Below, piece after piece: positions 37,269-51,544 of a DNA stretch of 64,000 nucleotides. Both the position numbers and the translations under genes were made by a program. Under the pieces are notes generated by a model. That model had not been told where the DNA came from, did no database searches, and worked only from the letters and a program-made list of their open reading frames with translations. Each line of letters starts with the position of its first letter. The first letter of the stretch is position 1. Source of the DNA: Octopus vulgaris (lineage: Eukaryota); NCBI GenBank assembly GCA_951406725.2, contig OX597840.1:23994001-24058000 (forward strand). The letters are read 5' to 3'.

Positions 37269-38009
37269 CAAAATGGGACTAGAACGCAAAACATCCGGAC
37301 AGTTAAGTGATACAAAAATGGGACAACAAAAACTCCAGATAGATAATACAAAGAAAACAAGGACGGGTCATTTGAAGTTTTCTTTCCTTAGTCAAGTATC
37401 AGATTATCTTCGCAATTTTGGCTACACACACACACACACTCACATATATATATATATACAAGCACACATACTGTTGTGACAATATTAGAATTCACTCTTA
37501 GAATTTTCTGGGCTAATAATCCAATCTTTAGAATATATATTTTCAATACTCGTATCTCTGCTTGAATCAGTTTAATCTCCATCAAGATGGTTTTATTCCT
37601 GCATATGTAAATAATCTGTGGCTTAGAGGATAAATATATCACTACATTCCAATAGGCCTGATAAAGATATTCCAGATATTTGCACTGTAAATATTTGTAG
37701 GCTGTGTGGTAAAAAGCTTGCTTCCCAACTACATGGTTCCAGGTTCCGTTCCACTGCGTGGCAATGTGGGTGAGTGTCTTCCAGTATAACCACAGGCCGA
37801 GCAAAGGTTTATGGGTGGATTTGGTGGACATAAATTGTACCTGTATTTCAAAGGGCCAGCCTTGTCACATCTTGTGTCACATTGAATCTCCCTCAGAACT
37901 ACATTAAGGATACACATGTCTGTGGAGTACTCAGCCACTTGCACGTTGTTCCATCGATCAGATCAACTGGAACACTCATTGCCATGACTGAAATGCAACC
38001 AAAATGCAA

Positions 38010-38291
38010 ATATATGGGAAACTACCACCTGTGTCATCTCTTGTGAAAGGTAGGAGAGTCCAGTTTGCTGGACATTGTTGTAGAGCTGAAAACGAGGTAA
38101 TTTCTACTCTTCTCCTCTGGAAGCCATCTACTCGCAATACCAGAGGGCGCACACTCTCCTACCCTGATGTAATCTCCAGGGATACAGGCATCTAGCAACA
38201 GGACCTCCGTAATGCCATGATGGACCGTGAAGTCTGGCGTAGCATGGTAAATTCCATTGTCTCGACTACGGTCGAACAATGATGATGATGA
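38010..38291 (+). mobile_element. RTE/RTE-X-like LINE 3' fragment
   Basis: Near-identical to 3197-3448 but longer (YGKLPPVSSLVKGRR...). Nonsense TAG at 38193-38195. (TGA)n tail. Confidence 0.85.
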
Positions 38292-38451
38292 TATATATAT
38301 ATATATATTTATATAACTAATGTAGGATAAAATTTTTTTCGAGAAAAAAATTTTATCAATGGCCAGCATATAAAAAAATACCTTTAAAGGTTAAATTTAT
38401 AAATAATTTACAAAATAATTTACAAAATTTTGTAAATTATATATATATATA

Positions 38452-38622
38452 TGGAAGCCATCTACTCGCAATGCCAGAGGGCGCACACTCTCCTACCCTG
38501 ATGTAATCTCCAGGGATACAGGCATCCAGCAACAGGACCTCTGTAATGCCATTATGGACCGTGAAGTCAGGCGTAGCATAGTAAATTCCATTGTCTCGAC
38601 CACGGTCGAACAATGATGATGA
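38452..38622 (+). mobile_element. RTE/RTE-X-like LINE 3' fragment (third copy)
   Basis: Same terminal ~170 bp ending gtcgaacaatgatgatga. Confidence 0.8.
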
Positions 38623-39956
38623 CCAACAGAATACCAGACTGAAGATCAATATTTTGTCTTAGTTTGACCTTGCTTCCAACTGCCCCTAAAGGTTACCTTC
38701 TCGAATCATAGACTCATAAGGGCCAGTTACCTGGCTTCCATGGTGTATAAGTTCCCCACCTGGATGGGATACCTGTCCATCACAGGATTACTCATTTTTG
38801 CCAGCTGAGTGGACTGGAGCAACATGAAATGAAGTGTTTTGCTCAAGAACACAATGCGTTGCCTGGTCCAGGCATTGAAACCACAATCTTACGATCACAA
38901 GTCCAACACCCTGACCACAAAGCCATATACCTCCACTAACAGAAATATAGTAACAAAAGAGTTAAAATGGGTTTTTTTTTATCTTCCCATGTAAAGTCCG
39001 AAGGTAATTTTGTTTTTACATGGTCTCCAGGACACTCAGTAAACTGGAAAAGCATCCAACCGAACAAACCATGTGAAAGCAGACAGACACCGGATGCTGG
39101 CACAGTCCTCTGGCTCCTGTCAAACCAGCCAACCAACAGAAACAGAAAGAAAGAGAGAAAGTTGTGGTGAAAGAGTACAACAGGGCTCGCCACCATCCCC
39201 TGCTGGAGCCTCAAGGAGCTTTATGGGTTTTTGTTCAATAAGCGCTCACAACGCCTGGTCTAGGAATCAAAACCGCAATCCTACGACTGCGAATTCACTG
39301 CCCTAACCACTGGACCATGGCACCTCCATATTTTGAATTAATCTTGCATTATTTTATAGCTTCAAGATTTTGACAATGTGATTGTATATATTTTACAATG
39401 CCATTGTAAGGTAGGTGTAAGAGGCCAGATCTGGCCAGTTTATCTTTTATCTTGGTTTCAGTCATTAGACTGTGGCCATGCTAGAGCACTGCCTTGAACA
39501 TAAAACAGGTAAAATATTTGAACCAGTTCCGTGCCAGTGGCATGTAAAAAGCACCAATCCGATCGTGGCCGTTGCCAGCCTCACCTGGCACCCACTACAC
39601 TCACAGAGTGGTTGGCATTAGGAAGGGCATCCAGCTGTAGAAACACTGCCAAATCAGACTGGAGCCTGGTGCAGATCCCGGTCAAACCATCCAACCCATG
39701 CTAGCATGGAGAACGGACGTTAAACGATGATGATGATGATGATGGCTGGTTTAAATGGTTAAGGGGTTAAACAATGATGAGCAGAGCAATAAGTCAAACA
39801 GGCCAGGGAACCACCAGCTGTTATCAGAGTCTATATTCAAGTACCAGTAATACACGCGGGTTTGGATTAAACAGGTAACATAACGCTTCTTCCCCCATTG
39901 CGAACTTCCAAGACACACCGTAACATGTGATAATTATCTGCAGTGAAGAAGACAAG

Positions 39957-40013
<57 letters not shown>

Positions 40014-40156
40014 AGGGGGTTTGCGAAAAAGCATTAGTAACATGTGTCGTTGTGACATTTGGCCATACGAGAAACTGTGTTGTGCTATTGATTTATTTTA
40101 AGTCGGCAAAGCAGATAAACAGATTGTATTGAGCTTCCTTAGAGAGAAGGAAGGAG

Positions 40157-40197
<41 letters not shown>

Positions 40198-40466
40198 CAC
40201 ACACACGCGCACATACGCATGCACAAGATAATATATAGCGATGTAAATTAAACTACCCCTATCCACCCATCCATCCATCCACCCGACGCTTACCTGATAT
40301 ATTTATCTAATATACTCGATATATTATTATTGCAGATATCGAATGAAGAACCTTCGATATTTGGTTTTTTTTTTCTTCTTTTTATTGATCCAGGGGAAAG
40401 GAATGAAAATAGATGTAAATGGACCCTAGGAAAGCATTATCATATATTATTATCATTATTATTATT

Positions 40467-40638
40467 AGGCACAGGAGTGGCTGTGTGGTAAGTAGCTTGC
40501 TTACCAACCACATGGTTCCGGGTTCAGTCCCACAGCGTGGCACCTTGGGCAAGTGTCTTCTACTATAGCCTCGGGCCCACCAAAACTGTCTGAGTGGATT
40601 TGGCAGACGGAAACTGAAAGAAGCCCGTCGTATATATG

Positions 40639-40671
<33 letters not shown>

Positions 40672-40875
40672 TTGTGTGTCTGTGTTTGTCCCTCTACCAT
40701 CGCTTGACAACCGATGCTGGTGTGTTTACATCCCTGTAACTTAGCAGTTCGGCAAAAGAGACCGGTTGAATAAGTACTAGGCTTACAAAGAATAAGTCCT
40801 GGGGTTGATTTGCTCGACTAAAGGCGGTGCTCCAGCATGGCCGCAGTCAAAATGACTGAAACAAGTAAAAGAGTA
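40467..40875 (+). mobile_element. SINE family A full-length copy
   Basis: Same head, microsatellite and tail as 7457-7867. Confidence 0.85.
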
Positions 40876-40889
40876 TTAACAAAAATGTG

Positions 40890-41995
40890 ATGAGGCGGCA
40901 GAATCGATGGCAAACCAGGCTGAATGGTTAATGGCATTTCATCCGTCTTTGCGCTGAGTTCAAATTCTACGAAGACCGACTTTGCCTTTCGTCCATTCAG
41001 GGCCAATGAAAGAGATAACAGTTGAGCACTGGGGGGTCGACGTAATCAACTTACCCCTCCCCCAAACTTGCCGGCCTTGTGCCAAAATCTGAAACCATTA
41101 TCCTTATGACTATTATTATAATTTATTATTATCAAAAATGTGACGAGCAGGCAGAATCCTAAGTACATCAGGCAAAATGCTTAGTGAGATTGCATCCGTC
41201 CAAACATTCTGTTGAGGTCGACTTTACCTTTCATCTTTTCAGAGTTGATGAAATAAATACCAGGGGCGCACTGGGGTCGATGTAATTGACTAATCCCCTC
41301 ACCTCAAATTTCAGACCTTGTGCTTATAATAAAAAGAATTATTATTATATAAGGCAGTGAGCTGGCAGAATAGTTAGCACGGTGGGTGAAATTCTTAGTG
41401 GCATTTCATCCGTCCGTACATTCTGGGTTCAAATTCTGCTGAGGTCGACTTCACCATTTATCCTTTCGGGGTCGATAAATTAAATACCAGTAGAGCACTG
41501 GGGTCGATGTAATCAACTAGCCCCCTCCCTTCAAATTTCAAGCCTTATGCCTATAACAGAAAGGACACTGGACAAAACGCAGAGTGGCAGGTCTTCGAGT
41601 TTTATGTCGTGAGTTCAAATTCTGCCAAGATCAACACTTTGCCTTTCAGCTTTTTGAAGTTGAGTAGTGGGGTCGATGTAATCAACTTACCCCGACCCAA
41701 AAGCTGCTTACCTCGGAACCATTAAAGCAGCCAGCTTGCAGAATCATCAGCACATCACCCAAAATGCTTTTGGCATTTCTTCCGGCTTTTACATCTTGAA
41801 TTTAAATGCCGTTGAGGTCGACTTTGCTTTCCATTTTGTGGGGCCAAAAAACTAGGTACCGGTCAAGTACTTGGGTTGATGTAATTGACTTTCTCTGCCT
41901 ACAACTGCTGGCCTTGTGCCAAAATTAAAATTATTATAACTATCGCTTTTGGCAGAATTGTTAAGAGAAAGTAAAAAAATACCTAGCGGTATTTC
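40890..41995 (+). repeat. Head-to-tail cluster of diverged family E-related SINEs
   Basis: About five same-orientation copies of ggcagaat...gagttcaaattc...ggggtcgatgtaatc. Confidence 0.75.
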
Positions 41996-43330
41996 TTGTG
42001 TTAATTTTTAATCTAGCTGTTAATTTTTAAAACAATATTGTAGGGCTGGTGTGAGAGACCAGATCTGGCCAGTTTGAACATAAAACAGGCAGAATGCTTT
42101 TGGCCGGATATGGCCGGTTTAAATGCTAAAGGGTTAAAGGATGGTACTAATTTAGATTACTTTAAAACAGGAAGTTTCTGGGACTAGAGGAAGTTTCATC
42201 ATCATCATCATCGTTTAACTTCCGTTTTCCATGCTAGCATGGGTTGGACGGTTCAACTGGGGTCTGGGGAGCCAGCAGTCTGCACCAGGCTCCAGTCTGA
42301 TCTGGCAGTGTTTCTACAGCTGGATGCCCTTCCTAACACCAACCACTCCGTGAGTGTAGTGAGTGCTTTTTACGTGCTGCCAGCACAGATGCCAGGGGAG
42401 GCTGGCAGCGGCCATGATCGGTTGGTGTTTTTTACGTGCCACCAGCTCAGAAGCCAGTCAAGGTGGCACTGGCATTGGCCACGTTCGGATGGTGCTTTTC
42501 GCATGCCACCGGCACAAGTATCACAACTGCAATTTCCATTATATGAGTATAAAAACACTATTGTCCTCCCCTTCATCATCGTCATCATCATTTATTGTCT
42601 GTTGTCCATGCTGGAATGGGTTGGACGGTTCAACCAGGGTCAGGGAAGCCTGGAGGCTGCACCAGGCTCCAGTCTGATCTGGCAGTGTTTCTACAGCTGG
42701 ATGCCCTTCCTAACGCCAACCACTCCGTGAGTGTAGTGGGTGCTTTGTTTTAGACGTCAAATCGCCATTACCATGAAGAGGCGATTTGACATCTATGTTT
42801 AGCATATAGGCTGTCCACTTTAGTGGTCAATCCTCTAAATTTTGTATGTAACATAATTTTTAATCTTCTGATTTTTTAAATATGCTAAGCCACTGGTTTT
42901 AATTGATTAATATCAATTTCTACCCTTATGTGTGGTAAGTAGCTTGCTAACCAACCACATGGTTCCGGGTTCAGTCACACTGCATGGAATCTTGGGCAAG
43001 TGTCTTCTGCTATAGCCCCGGGCCGACCAATGCCTTGTGAGTGGATTTGGTAGATGGAAACTGGAAGAAGCCTGTCGTATATATGTATATATATGTATAT
43101 GTATGTATGTGTATGTATGTGTATGTGTGTCTATGTTTGTACCCCTAGCATTGCTTGACAACCAATGCTGGTGTGTTTACGTCCCCGTCACTTAGTGGTT
43201 TGGCAAAAGAGGCCGGTAGAATAAGTACTGGGCTTACAAAGAATAAGTCCCGGGGTCGATTTGCTCGACTAAAGGCGGTGCTCCAGCAGGGCCGCTGTCA
43301 AATGACTGAAACATGTAAAAGAGTAAAGAG

Positions 43331-43368
<38 letters not shown>

Positions 43369-43588
43369 TTTATGTGTCTCTTATGACTGTGTTTGTCCCC
43401 CCCACCATTGCTTGACCACTGACGTTGGTGTGTTTACGTCCCCGTAACTTAGTGGTTTGGCAATAGAGACCAATAGAATAAGACTTAGGCTTACAAACAG
43501 TAAGTACTAGGATTGATTTCTTAGACTAAAACCCTTTAAGGTGGTGCTCCAGTATGGCCACAGTCAAATGACTGAAATAAGAATAAAA

Positions 43589-43630
<42 letters not shown>

Positions 43631-43670
43631 TCATCATCATTTAGCGTCCGTTTTCCATGCTAGCATGGAG

Positions 43671-43711
<41 letters not shown>

Positions 43712-43919
43712 TATTCTTTTACTTGTTTCAGTCATTTGACTGTGGCCATGCTGGAGCACCGCCTTTAGTCAAGCAAATTGACCCCAGGACTTATTCTTTG
43801 TAAGCCTAGTACTTATTCTATCGGTCTCTTTCGTCGAGCCGCTAGGTTACAGGGATGTAAACACATCACCATCTGTTGTCAAGCGATGTTGGGGGCGGGG
43901 GACAAACACAGACACACAA

Positions 43920-43952
<33 letters not shown>

Positions 43953-44115
43953 CGACGAGCTTCTTTCAGTTTCCGTCTACCAAATCCACTCACAAGGCTT
44001 TGGTCAGCCCAAGGCTATAGTAGAAGACACTTGCCCAAGGAGTCACGCAGTGGGACTGAACCCAGAACCATATGGTTAGTAAGCAAGCTACTTACCACAC
44101 AGCCACTCCTGCGCC

Positions 44116-44147
<32 letters not shown>

Positions 44148-44596
44148 GCTTCTTTCAGTTTCCACCTTCCAAATCCAGTTACAAGGTTTTGCTTGGCCCA
44201 AGGCGCTGAACCCAGGACCATGTAGTTGGGAAGCAAACTTCTTACTACAGGGCCATTTAGGGGTACGGGTCAAGTACCCACCTAAGTAATGGGTTCAAAT
44301 CCTGTTCAAGCTAGCCCTGACTTTAACCTTTCATCTGTCCAGAGGTCAACATAAAATCGGTCAAGAGGTCAACATAAAAGAAAGAACCTGTCATATATAC
44401 TGAATCATGCAATCCATTGTGCCCAACCCCTATGAATTTTCGACTTTGGGCCAACCTTTGAAAATTACTAAGTAGTAGTAGTAGTAGCAGCAGCAGCAGC
44501 ATAATGTACAGTGTGACTGCATGAAATCAAATACCTCAATACTTAAAAGGTTTGATGTGGGTGGGAGGGTGGGGCAGATGGGAAGAACTCTAATGT

Positions 44597-44632
<36 letters not shown>

Positions 44633-44709
44633 CAAACAAGACAGACATCAAATGTATTGAAAGATTTAACTGGTATATAAATGTAAACACACATCTTTAT
44701 TACAAATAA

Positions 44710-44744
44710 ATTATATATATATATATATATGTATATATACACAC

Positions 44745-44783
<39 letters not shown>

Positions 44784-44928
44784 AACTTAAATAACAAACT
44801 ACATATGTCAAACTTTAATAAATACATACACACACATAGATATACATACACACAAACGTACATACACAAACACCTCTCTCTCTATATCTACACACACACC
44901 TCTCTCTATATATATATACACACACCTC

Positions 44929-44961
<33 letters not shown>

Positions 44962-45245
44962 ACATATATATACACACACATATATATATACACACACACA
45001 CATATATATACACACATATATATATACACACACACACACATATATACACACACATATACATACACACACACACACATATATACACACACACACCTCTCTC
45101 TATACACACACATATATACACACACACACCTCTCTCTATACACACATACACACACATATATACACACACACACCTCTCTCTATACACACATATATACACA
45201 CACACACCTCTCTCTATACACACATACACATATATACACACACAC

Positions 45246-45292
<47 letters not shown>

Positions 45293-45330
45293 CACACACA
45301 CATATATATATATAGGATATATATATATTA
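44710..45330. repeat. (TA)/(CA) compound microsatellite
   Basis: Directly visible. Confidence 0.9.
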
Positions 45331-45504
45331 TGTATGTCCATGTTAGAGTAAACAAGAGGCGAAGAGGAAACGTTTAATGAGGTCGGGCAGTTTTAGAAAA
45401 CAATTCTATTCCAGGATAAGAAAGAAACAAATGCTAAAAAAGCTTTGTTGATATTCGTCTCACTGCCTGACACCACCACCACCACCACCGCCGCCGATGC
45501 ACGG

Positions 45505-46530
45505 CTACACCTTTCATTATACGGTTGCTAGAAACAGCAGCTAAACTGCCCTCAATTCGCAGCCTGGTGGTCTGTACGAAGAAAAGGCACATTGAATAAT
45601 GAAGCCTAGGTACACAATGCCTAAAATGAGATAGCCACTGTTGGAGCGACTTTAATTAGAAATTTGCTAGAAACAACAGCTAAACTGCCCTCGATTCACA
45701 TCCAGATGTGTAAAAAACGAAAAGGCACATTGGATAATTTAGTCTAAGATACACAATGTCTAAATAGGGTGGCCACGATTGGAGCGACTTTCATTATACG
45801 TTTGCTAGAAATAGCAGCTAAATTGCCCTCAATTTGCAGCCTGGTGCCTGTACGAAGAAAAGGCACATTGAATAATGAAGTGCTAGATACACAATGTCTA
45901 AATGGGGTGGCCACGATTGGAGCAACTTTGATTAGAGGTTTGCTAGAAACAGCAGCCAAATCTCCCTCGTTTCACAGGCTACCACCTGTAAAACAAGAAG
46001 CAGACGAACATAGTCCTAGGTACACTATGCCTGAACAAAAAAGAAGGGTGGGTCACGACTGGAGCCCTTGTAGTTCTGCTCGGCTAGGCTTTAACAGGGG
46101 CTAAAACCGTAACGAAAGCATGAGGAACAAACGAGGGAGCCACTAGGCGCTTGCAATATCTGCAAGAAATGGCAACCAAATCGCCCTCGTATCACGCATT
46201 CGCCGAATTAAATGAGACAGGGCACAATGGATGTTGTAGTCCAAGGAAGACTATGCCTGAAATATAAAACCTAGGATCAAAAGTATTCCTGCTAAAAATA
46301 ACAGCCAAATTGCCTTCGTTTCATAGCAAAGTGTCTGGAAAAAGGACGGAGACATTTGAGAACGTAGTCCTCGGTACACTGTGACTAAACAGGACAGCCA
46401 CAACGGGAACACTTTTGATCGTAAGTTTTGCTAGAAACAACAGCCAAGTCTCCCTCGTAGCACACATTTACCGAATTAATCGAGACAGGACAAAGTCGAT
46501 GTAGTAGTCCACGCAATACTATGCCAGAAA
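45505..46530. repeat. ~138-bp tandem repeat array
   Basis: gctagaaa anchor at 45527, 45666, 45804 and 45942, with more diverged units to ~46530. Confidence 0.75.
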
Positions 46531-49034
46531 ATATAATCTATGAATAAAACACGATCCGGCCACGACCATCCCGTCTTTTATACAAACAATGCATTGTCAT
46601 TCTCGGGGTATTTAAAATTTTTCTTAAAGACAAGTGAAAAGATTTTAAGTTTAAAATGTGGCTGTTGTTTCTAGCAATTCCAGCAACCACACAGACCAGC
46701 AGTTCCCAACCGGGGTCCATATAAGATTAACATTTATGTACAATAAATTAGATTTCTGCAACATACAATTATTATTATTATTATTATTATTTTTAAAAAT
46801 ACAATTTCCTAATAAAATATAATTATAGAAATATTATAATGTATGTATATATGTGTGTATATATATATATATATAGTACAAAGTAAGATAGGGGTTATAA
46901 GGGTAACCCAATATATATATATATATATTACCGTGACCGACCAGGCTATCAGATGTTGTTACACATCGCTGGTCACAATGCGCTTCACATTGTTTTAGCC
47001 TTCAAATGACGCCACCCCGCTGGCTAAGCGAGCAGGCCAACATATATATATATATATATGTTTCTTTATTGCCCACAAGGGGCTAAACATAGAGGGGACA
47101 AACAAGGACAGACAAACGGATTAAGTCGATTACATCGACCCCAGTGCGTAACTGGTACTTAATTTTATCGACCCCTAAAGGATGAAAGGCAAAGTCGACC
47201 TCGGCGGAATTTGAACTCAGAACGCAACGGCAGACGAAATACGGCTACGCATTTCACCCGGCGTACATAGAATGGCTACGGAGGCCCAGGAGGGTAAAAT
47301 AAAAATCTAAGGGATCTACAGGTAAAAACGAAAAGGGTTGAGAAACAGACGCCTCTCCCTCGTCAGCCCCACGACCGCCAACTATATTTCTGCATTTACC
47401 TAGCGAGGCCCCTACAATGATTATACGGCGATGGGGCGGTGGCTACTGCCGAAGAGAAAAAGGGTGGAGGGCTTTTGTTGTTACTGCTACTGTTTCCGCT
47501 TGTTTAGGATCCTTCCTCGTGGGACGGCTGGTGTCAAAATAACGGACCAGGAATGTGTTGTCTTTAAGAAGCTTGCTTCCCAACCACATGGTTCTCGGTT
47601 CAATCCTACCGCCCGACACCTTCGATATGTGTCTTCTAAAATAACCCCGGGGAACGTGTGTGGATTTTTGATAGATGGAAACTGAAAGAAGCCTGTGGTG
47701 TGTGTGTGGGGGGGGAGACACAGACAGACAAACAGATGTGTATGTATTTGTACCCCCACAACAGCTTGACAACCGGTGTTGGCTTGTTTACATCGCCGTC
47801 ACTTAGCGGTTCGGCAAAAGTACCCAACAGACTACATAAGCTTAAAAAATACTGGGGTCGATTTGTTTGACTAAATTCTTGAAGGTGGTGCCCCAGCATG
47901 GCCGCAGTCCAATGACTGAAACAAGCAAAAGCTAAAATCCAAACACTCAACGTGCCTTGCTAAAAACAATAGCTCATATCTCCCTCAGCTATACTATACA
48001 AGGAAGGTATTGGTGCTCCAATAAATAAATAAACGCATTATACCAGGAAATGAGATGGGATAATCACGGTTGGAGCGCCATAGATGCTATATTTGGTCCG
48101 TTGGGGGCTGACCAAGTAAAATATACAACGTACATACATACACACGCATTGGTCTTCTGCTTTGATGAATACTAATTGGAAAATTATGGTGTCTAATTAG
48201 AACACAAAGCGAGAAATAATTGGGATAAAAGAACCAACAGTTAATTATGGCGACCCCAGTACCTGATGAGTCGCTCGTGGGTTCGCGGGTCCCTGATTTT
48301 GTCGAACCCCGGAAGAACGAAAGGCGAAGTGGGCGGCCCCTCAAAAAACTAGAAATGTGCGTGCGTTTGCATTTGTGAAAGAAAAGAGACGGCGCCATAC
48401 AGACATATGAAAACCTAATTGTATGTATGTGTACATACACACACATATATATACATACAGAAACATGCATATACATACACACATATGTACATATGCATAG
48501 ATACACCCACACACACGGGCGCATACAAACACACATATATACACACGCACTAGTGTTCGTATGCTCGTGTTTGCTAAATGCCAAACACACGAAAATCTCG
48601 ACCCTCAAGTCACTTTGTAATTTTTGCTGAATATCAATTAAAAAAACTGTGAGTGTGTATATATATATACACATACATACATACATATACACTCTTGTTT
48701 TGAGTTATATTTTCTTGTCCGTGTCACCGAATCTACATACATATAAATACACACAAATACACATTAATTTCATGTCAAAGCTAAATTAAAAACAATTTCA
48801 CATTCAAAGGCGATCAAGCTGATACTTCGAAGTCACAATCAACACTCTTCTTGTAAACGTGTGTGTGTGTAATACAGACAGCTGAAGATATACAATGTGT
48901 AAGACATACACATATATATATACACAAATGCACGTCTATATAAACAAAGAATATTAATATGCGTATATATTATACAGACAACGAGAGATCACAACACATA
49001 TATATATATATATAAACAGATGTATGTATATAAA

Positions 49035-49070
<36 letters not shown>

Positions 49071-50044
49071 AACCAACACACACATAGATAAGTCATACAT
49101 TAACCCATGTGTTGTGTAAGATATGAGTGTATGTGGTGGTAGGCATGGTTAAGTTCGTTTCGCCACTGTGGGGTTCCGAGTTCGAATCCCCAAAAGGTTT
49201 TTTTTTCTCTCTCTCTCTGCTTCTCAACTACATGGTTTAGGGTTCACTCCCACTGCACAGCACCTTGGGCAAAGGCCATCTACTATAACCCCAGACCAGC
49301 CAAAGCCTTGGAGTACATTTGGTAGACGGAAACTGTGCAGAATCCCCTCGTGCGTGTGTGCGCGTGTATATATATGTGTGTGTGTGTGTGTGTATGTTTG
49401 CATGTGTCCACTTCTTGGCAACCGGTGTTGGTTCGTTTACATCCCGGAAAGTTAGCGTTTCAGTAAAAGAGGCAGATACAATAAGTACCAGTTTTAAAAA
49501 AAAGGTACTGGTATCGATTTATTCGACTTAAATCTTTTCAATGCGGTGCCCCAGCATGGCCGCAGTCAAATGACTGAAGCTACGAAGAAATATATATATA
49601 TAAAAGATATATATAGCTGTCGGGTCGGCCATACATGGTGAGGGAAAACTGGGGTAGAGAGAATTTGCAGGAACAGGTAGTATTTTGCTCTTCGAGATAG
49701 GAATTGCCATAATGCCATAATGGTCCTGCCTGAAAAAATCGTAGAATGAATGCACGTGTGTGTTGCAGACTGAGGAATACTCGGCCAATCAGTTAGCAGA
49801 TGATCGAATGAGTTGGAAGATAAATAGTCGAACATAGTAAATGATATCTATTTGTTTGGGTTATTATACAAATCTGTGTTTCTGTGTGTGTATAGTGTGA
49901 GCATTTGACAGCACTTAGTAAGACACGCGCGCACTCGCAGATATATATATATATATATACATACCGTTTATTAAATGTGGTGTGGACATACACACATTCT
50001 GTTTGTGTACATGTTTGCACGTACATACATACGCGTATATTAAC

Positions 50045-50124
50045 CGTGTGTGTATGTGTATATGTATATATATATATATATAAGTGTGGGTGTATGTATA
50101 TATATATATGTGTGTGTGTGTATG

Positions 50125-50169
<45 letters not shown>

Positions 50170-50432
50170 GTGTGTGTGTGTGTATGTATATATATATATG
50201 TGTGTGTGTGTATGTATGTATATATATATGTGTGTGTGTATATATGTGTATATATATGTGTGTGTGTATGTATATATATATATGTGTGTGTGTGTATGTA
50301 TATATATATATATGTGTGTGTGTGTATGTATATATATGTGTGTGTGCATGTATATATATGTGTGTGTGTGTATGTATATATATATGTGTGTGTGCATGTA
50401 TATATATATGTGTGTGTATGTATATATATATA
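50045..50432. repeat. (TA)/(TG) compound microsatellite
   Basis: Directly visible. Confidence 0.9.
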
Positions 50433-51020
50433 GGAAAAAAATTGCTGGCGATATATATATATATAATGTATGTATACGTATGTGTGTGTATAATACATTA
50501 ACTATATGGTGTGTACATACATACATACATATATACATACATAAGTACGTTCACAATGTATAGTAACTACATATAGGGTGTATATATACATACATGAGTA
50601 TATTAACAACGTGGTGTGTGTGTGTATATAAACAGTGGGGTATTTCGGAACAAGATATAACAGGATGTTCATATAAGAAACAGAAGCGTGCATGTTAAGC
50701 AAAAAATCCCACCCCGACTCACAACGGATAATACAATTGTTGCATACATCCGTAACCATACATACATCGGGCATATGTGTGGTGTGTATAAATTACGAGC
50801 ACACCATACATGCATTTTTGAGTCGGCTTGCTTGTAAATTACAAGGCACGCTATACAAGCTTGTCCGACCGTCGTTTTATCAGAGGCATGAAACTTATAG
50901 TAGCTCGTATTTGAATCCTATGTATATTAAATGACATTTATCTTTCACTGAATTGAATACTTTTTTTTATTGATCCCACCAGTCTAAATATTTTTTTTAT
51001 TGATCCCATAGTCAAAAATA

Positions 51021-51060
<40 letters not shown>

Positions 51061-51493
51061 TGTACGAGATGTTTGGAAACACGAAATATATACATTATTA
51101 CAGGATATTCAGACGTGTGTATATAAATACGAACTAAGGTTTCTTTCTATCTTTCTCACTCCGTAACCCAACTAAGCTCACAAAAATTCTTAGAGAAAAT
51201 ACAATTGTTGCATATATCCAAAACCACACACACACATTGGGGATGTGTGGTGTGTACACACACATACATACATGGAACAATGGGAAAATGGTTCTCGAAG
51301 CACAGCACATAGATCTATAACGAACAACCATTGGTTGATGGAGGGGGATGTCGTATCCCAAAACGATTTTTCAACCTAATATTTACATGCGGTTCTTTAT
51401 AGCTTTACGTGGTGAGCTTCGAGAACCAGTATTCCAATGAAGAATTATTTCGCATTCCCTCGAAAGTTCATAAAATTCTTACATCAACGACAT

Positions 51494-51542
<49 letters not shown>

Positions 51543-51544
<2 letters not shown>

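Noticed and set aside
46697-47351. hAT-like MITE ends (cagcagttcccaacc ... ggttgagaaacag) interrupted by SINEs
   Set aside because: Termini too decayed and no TSD found, so not called as a feature.
48245-48340. CTGATGAG...CGAAAG hammerhead or an ATG-initiated exon
   Set aside because: Aligns to a decayed family E SINE; stem I cannot be formed.
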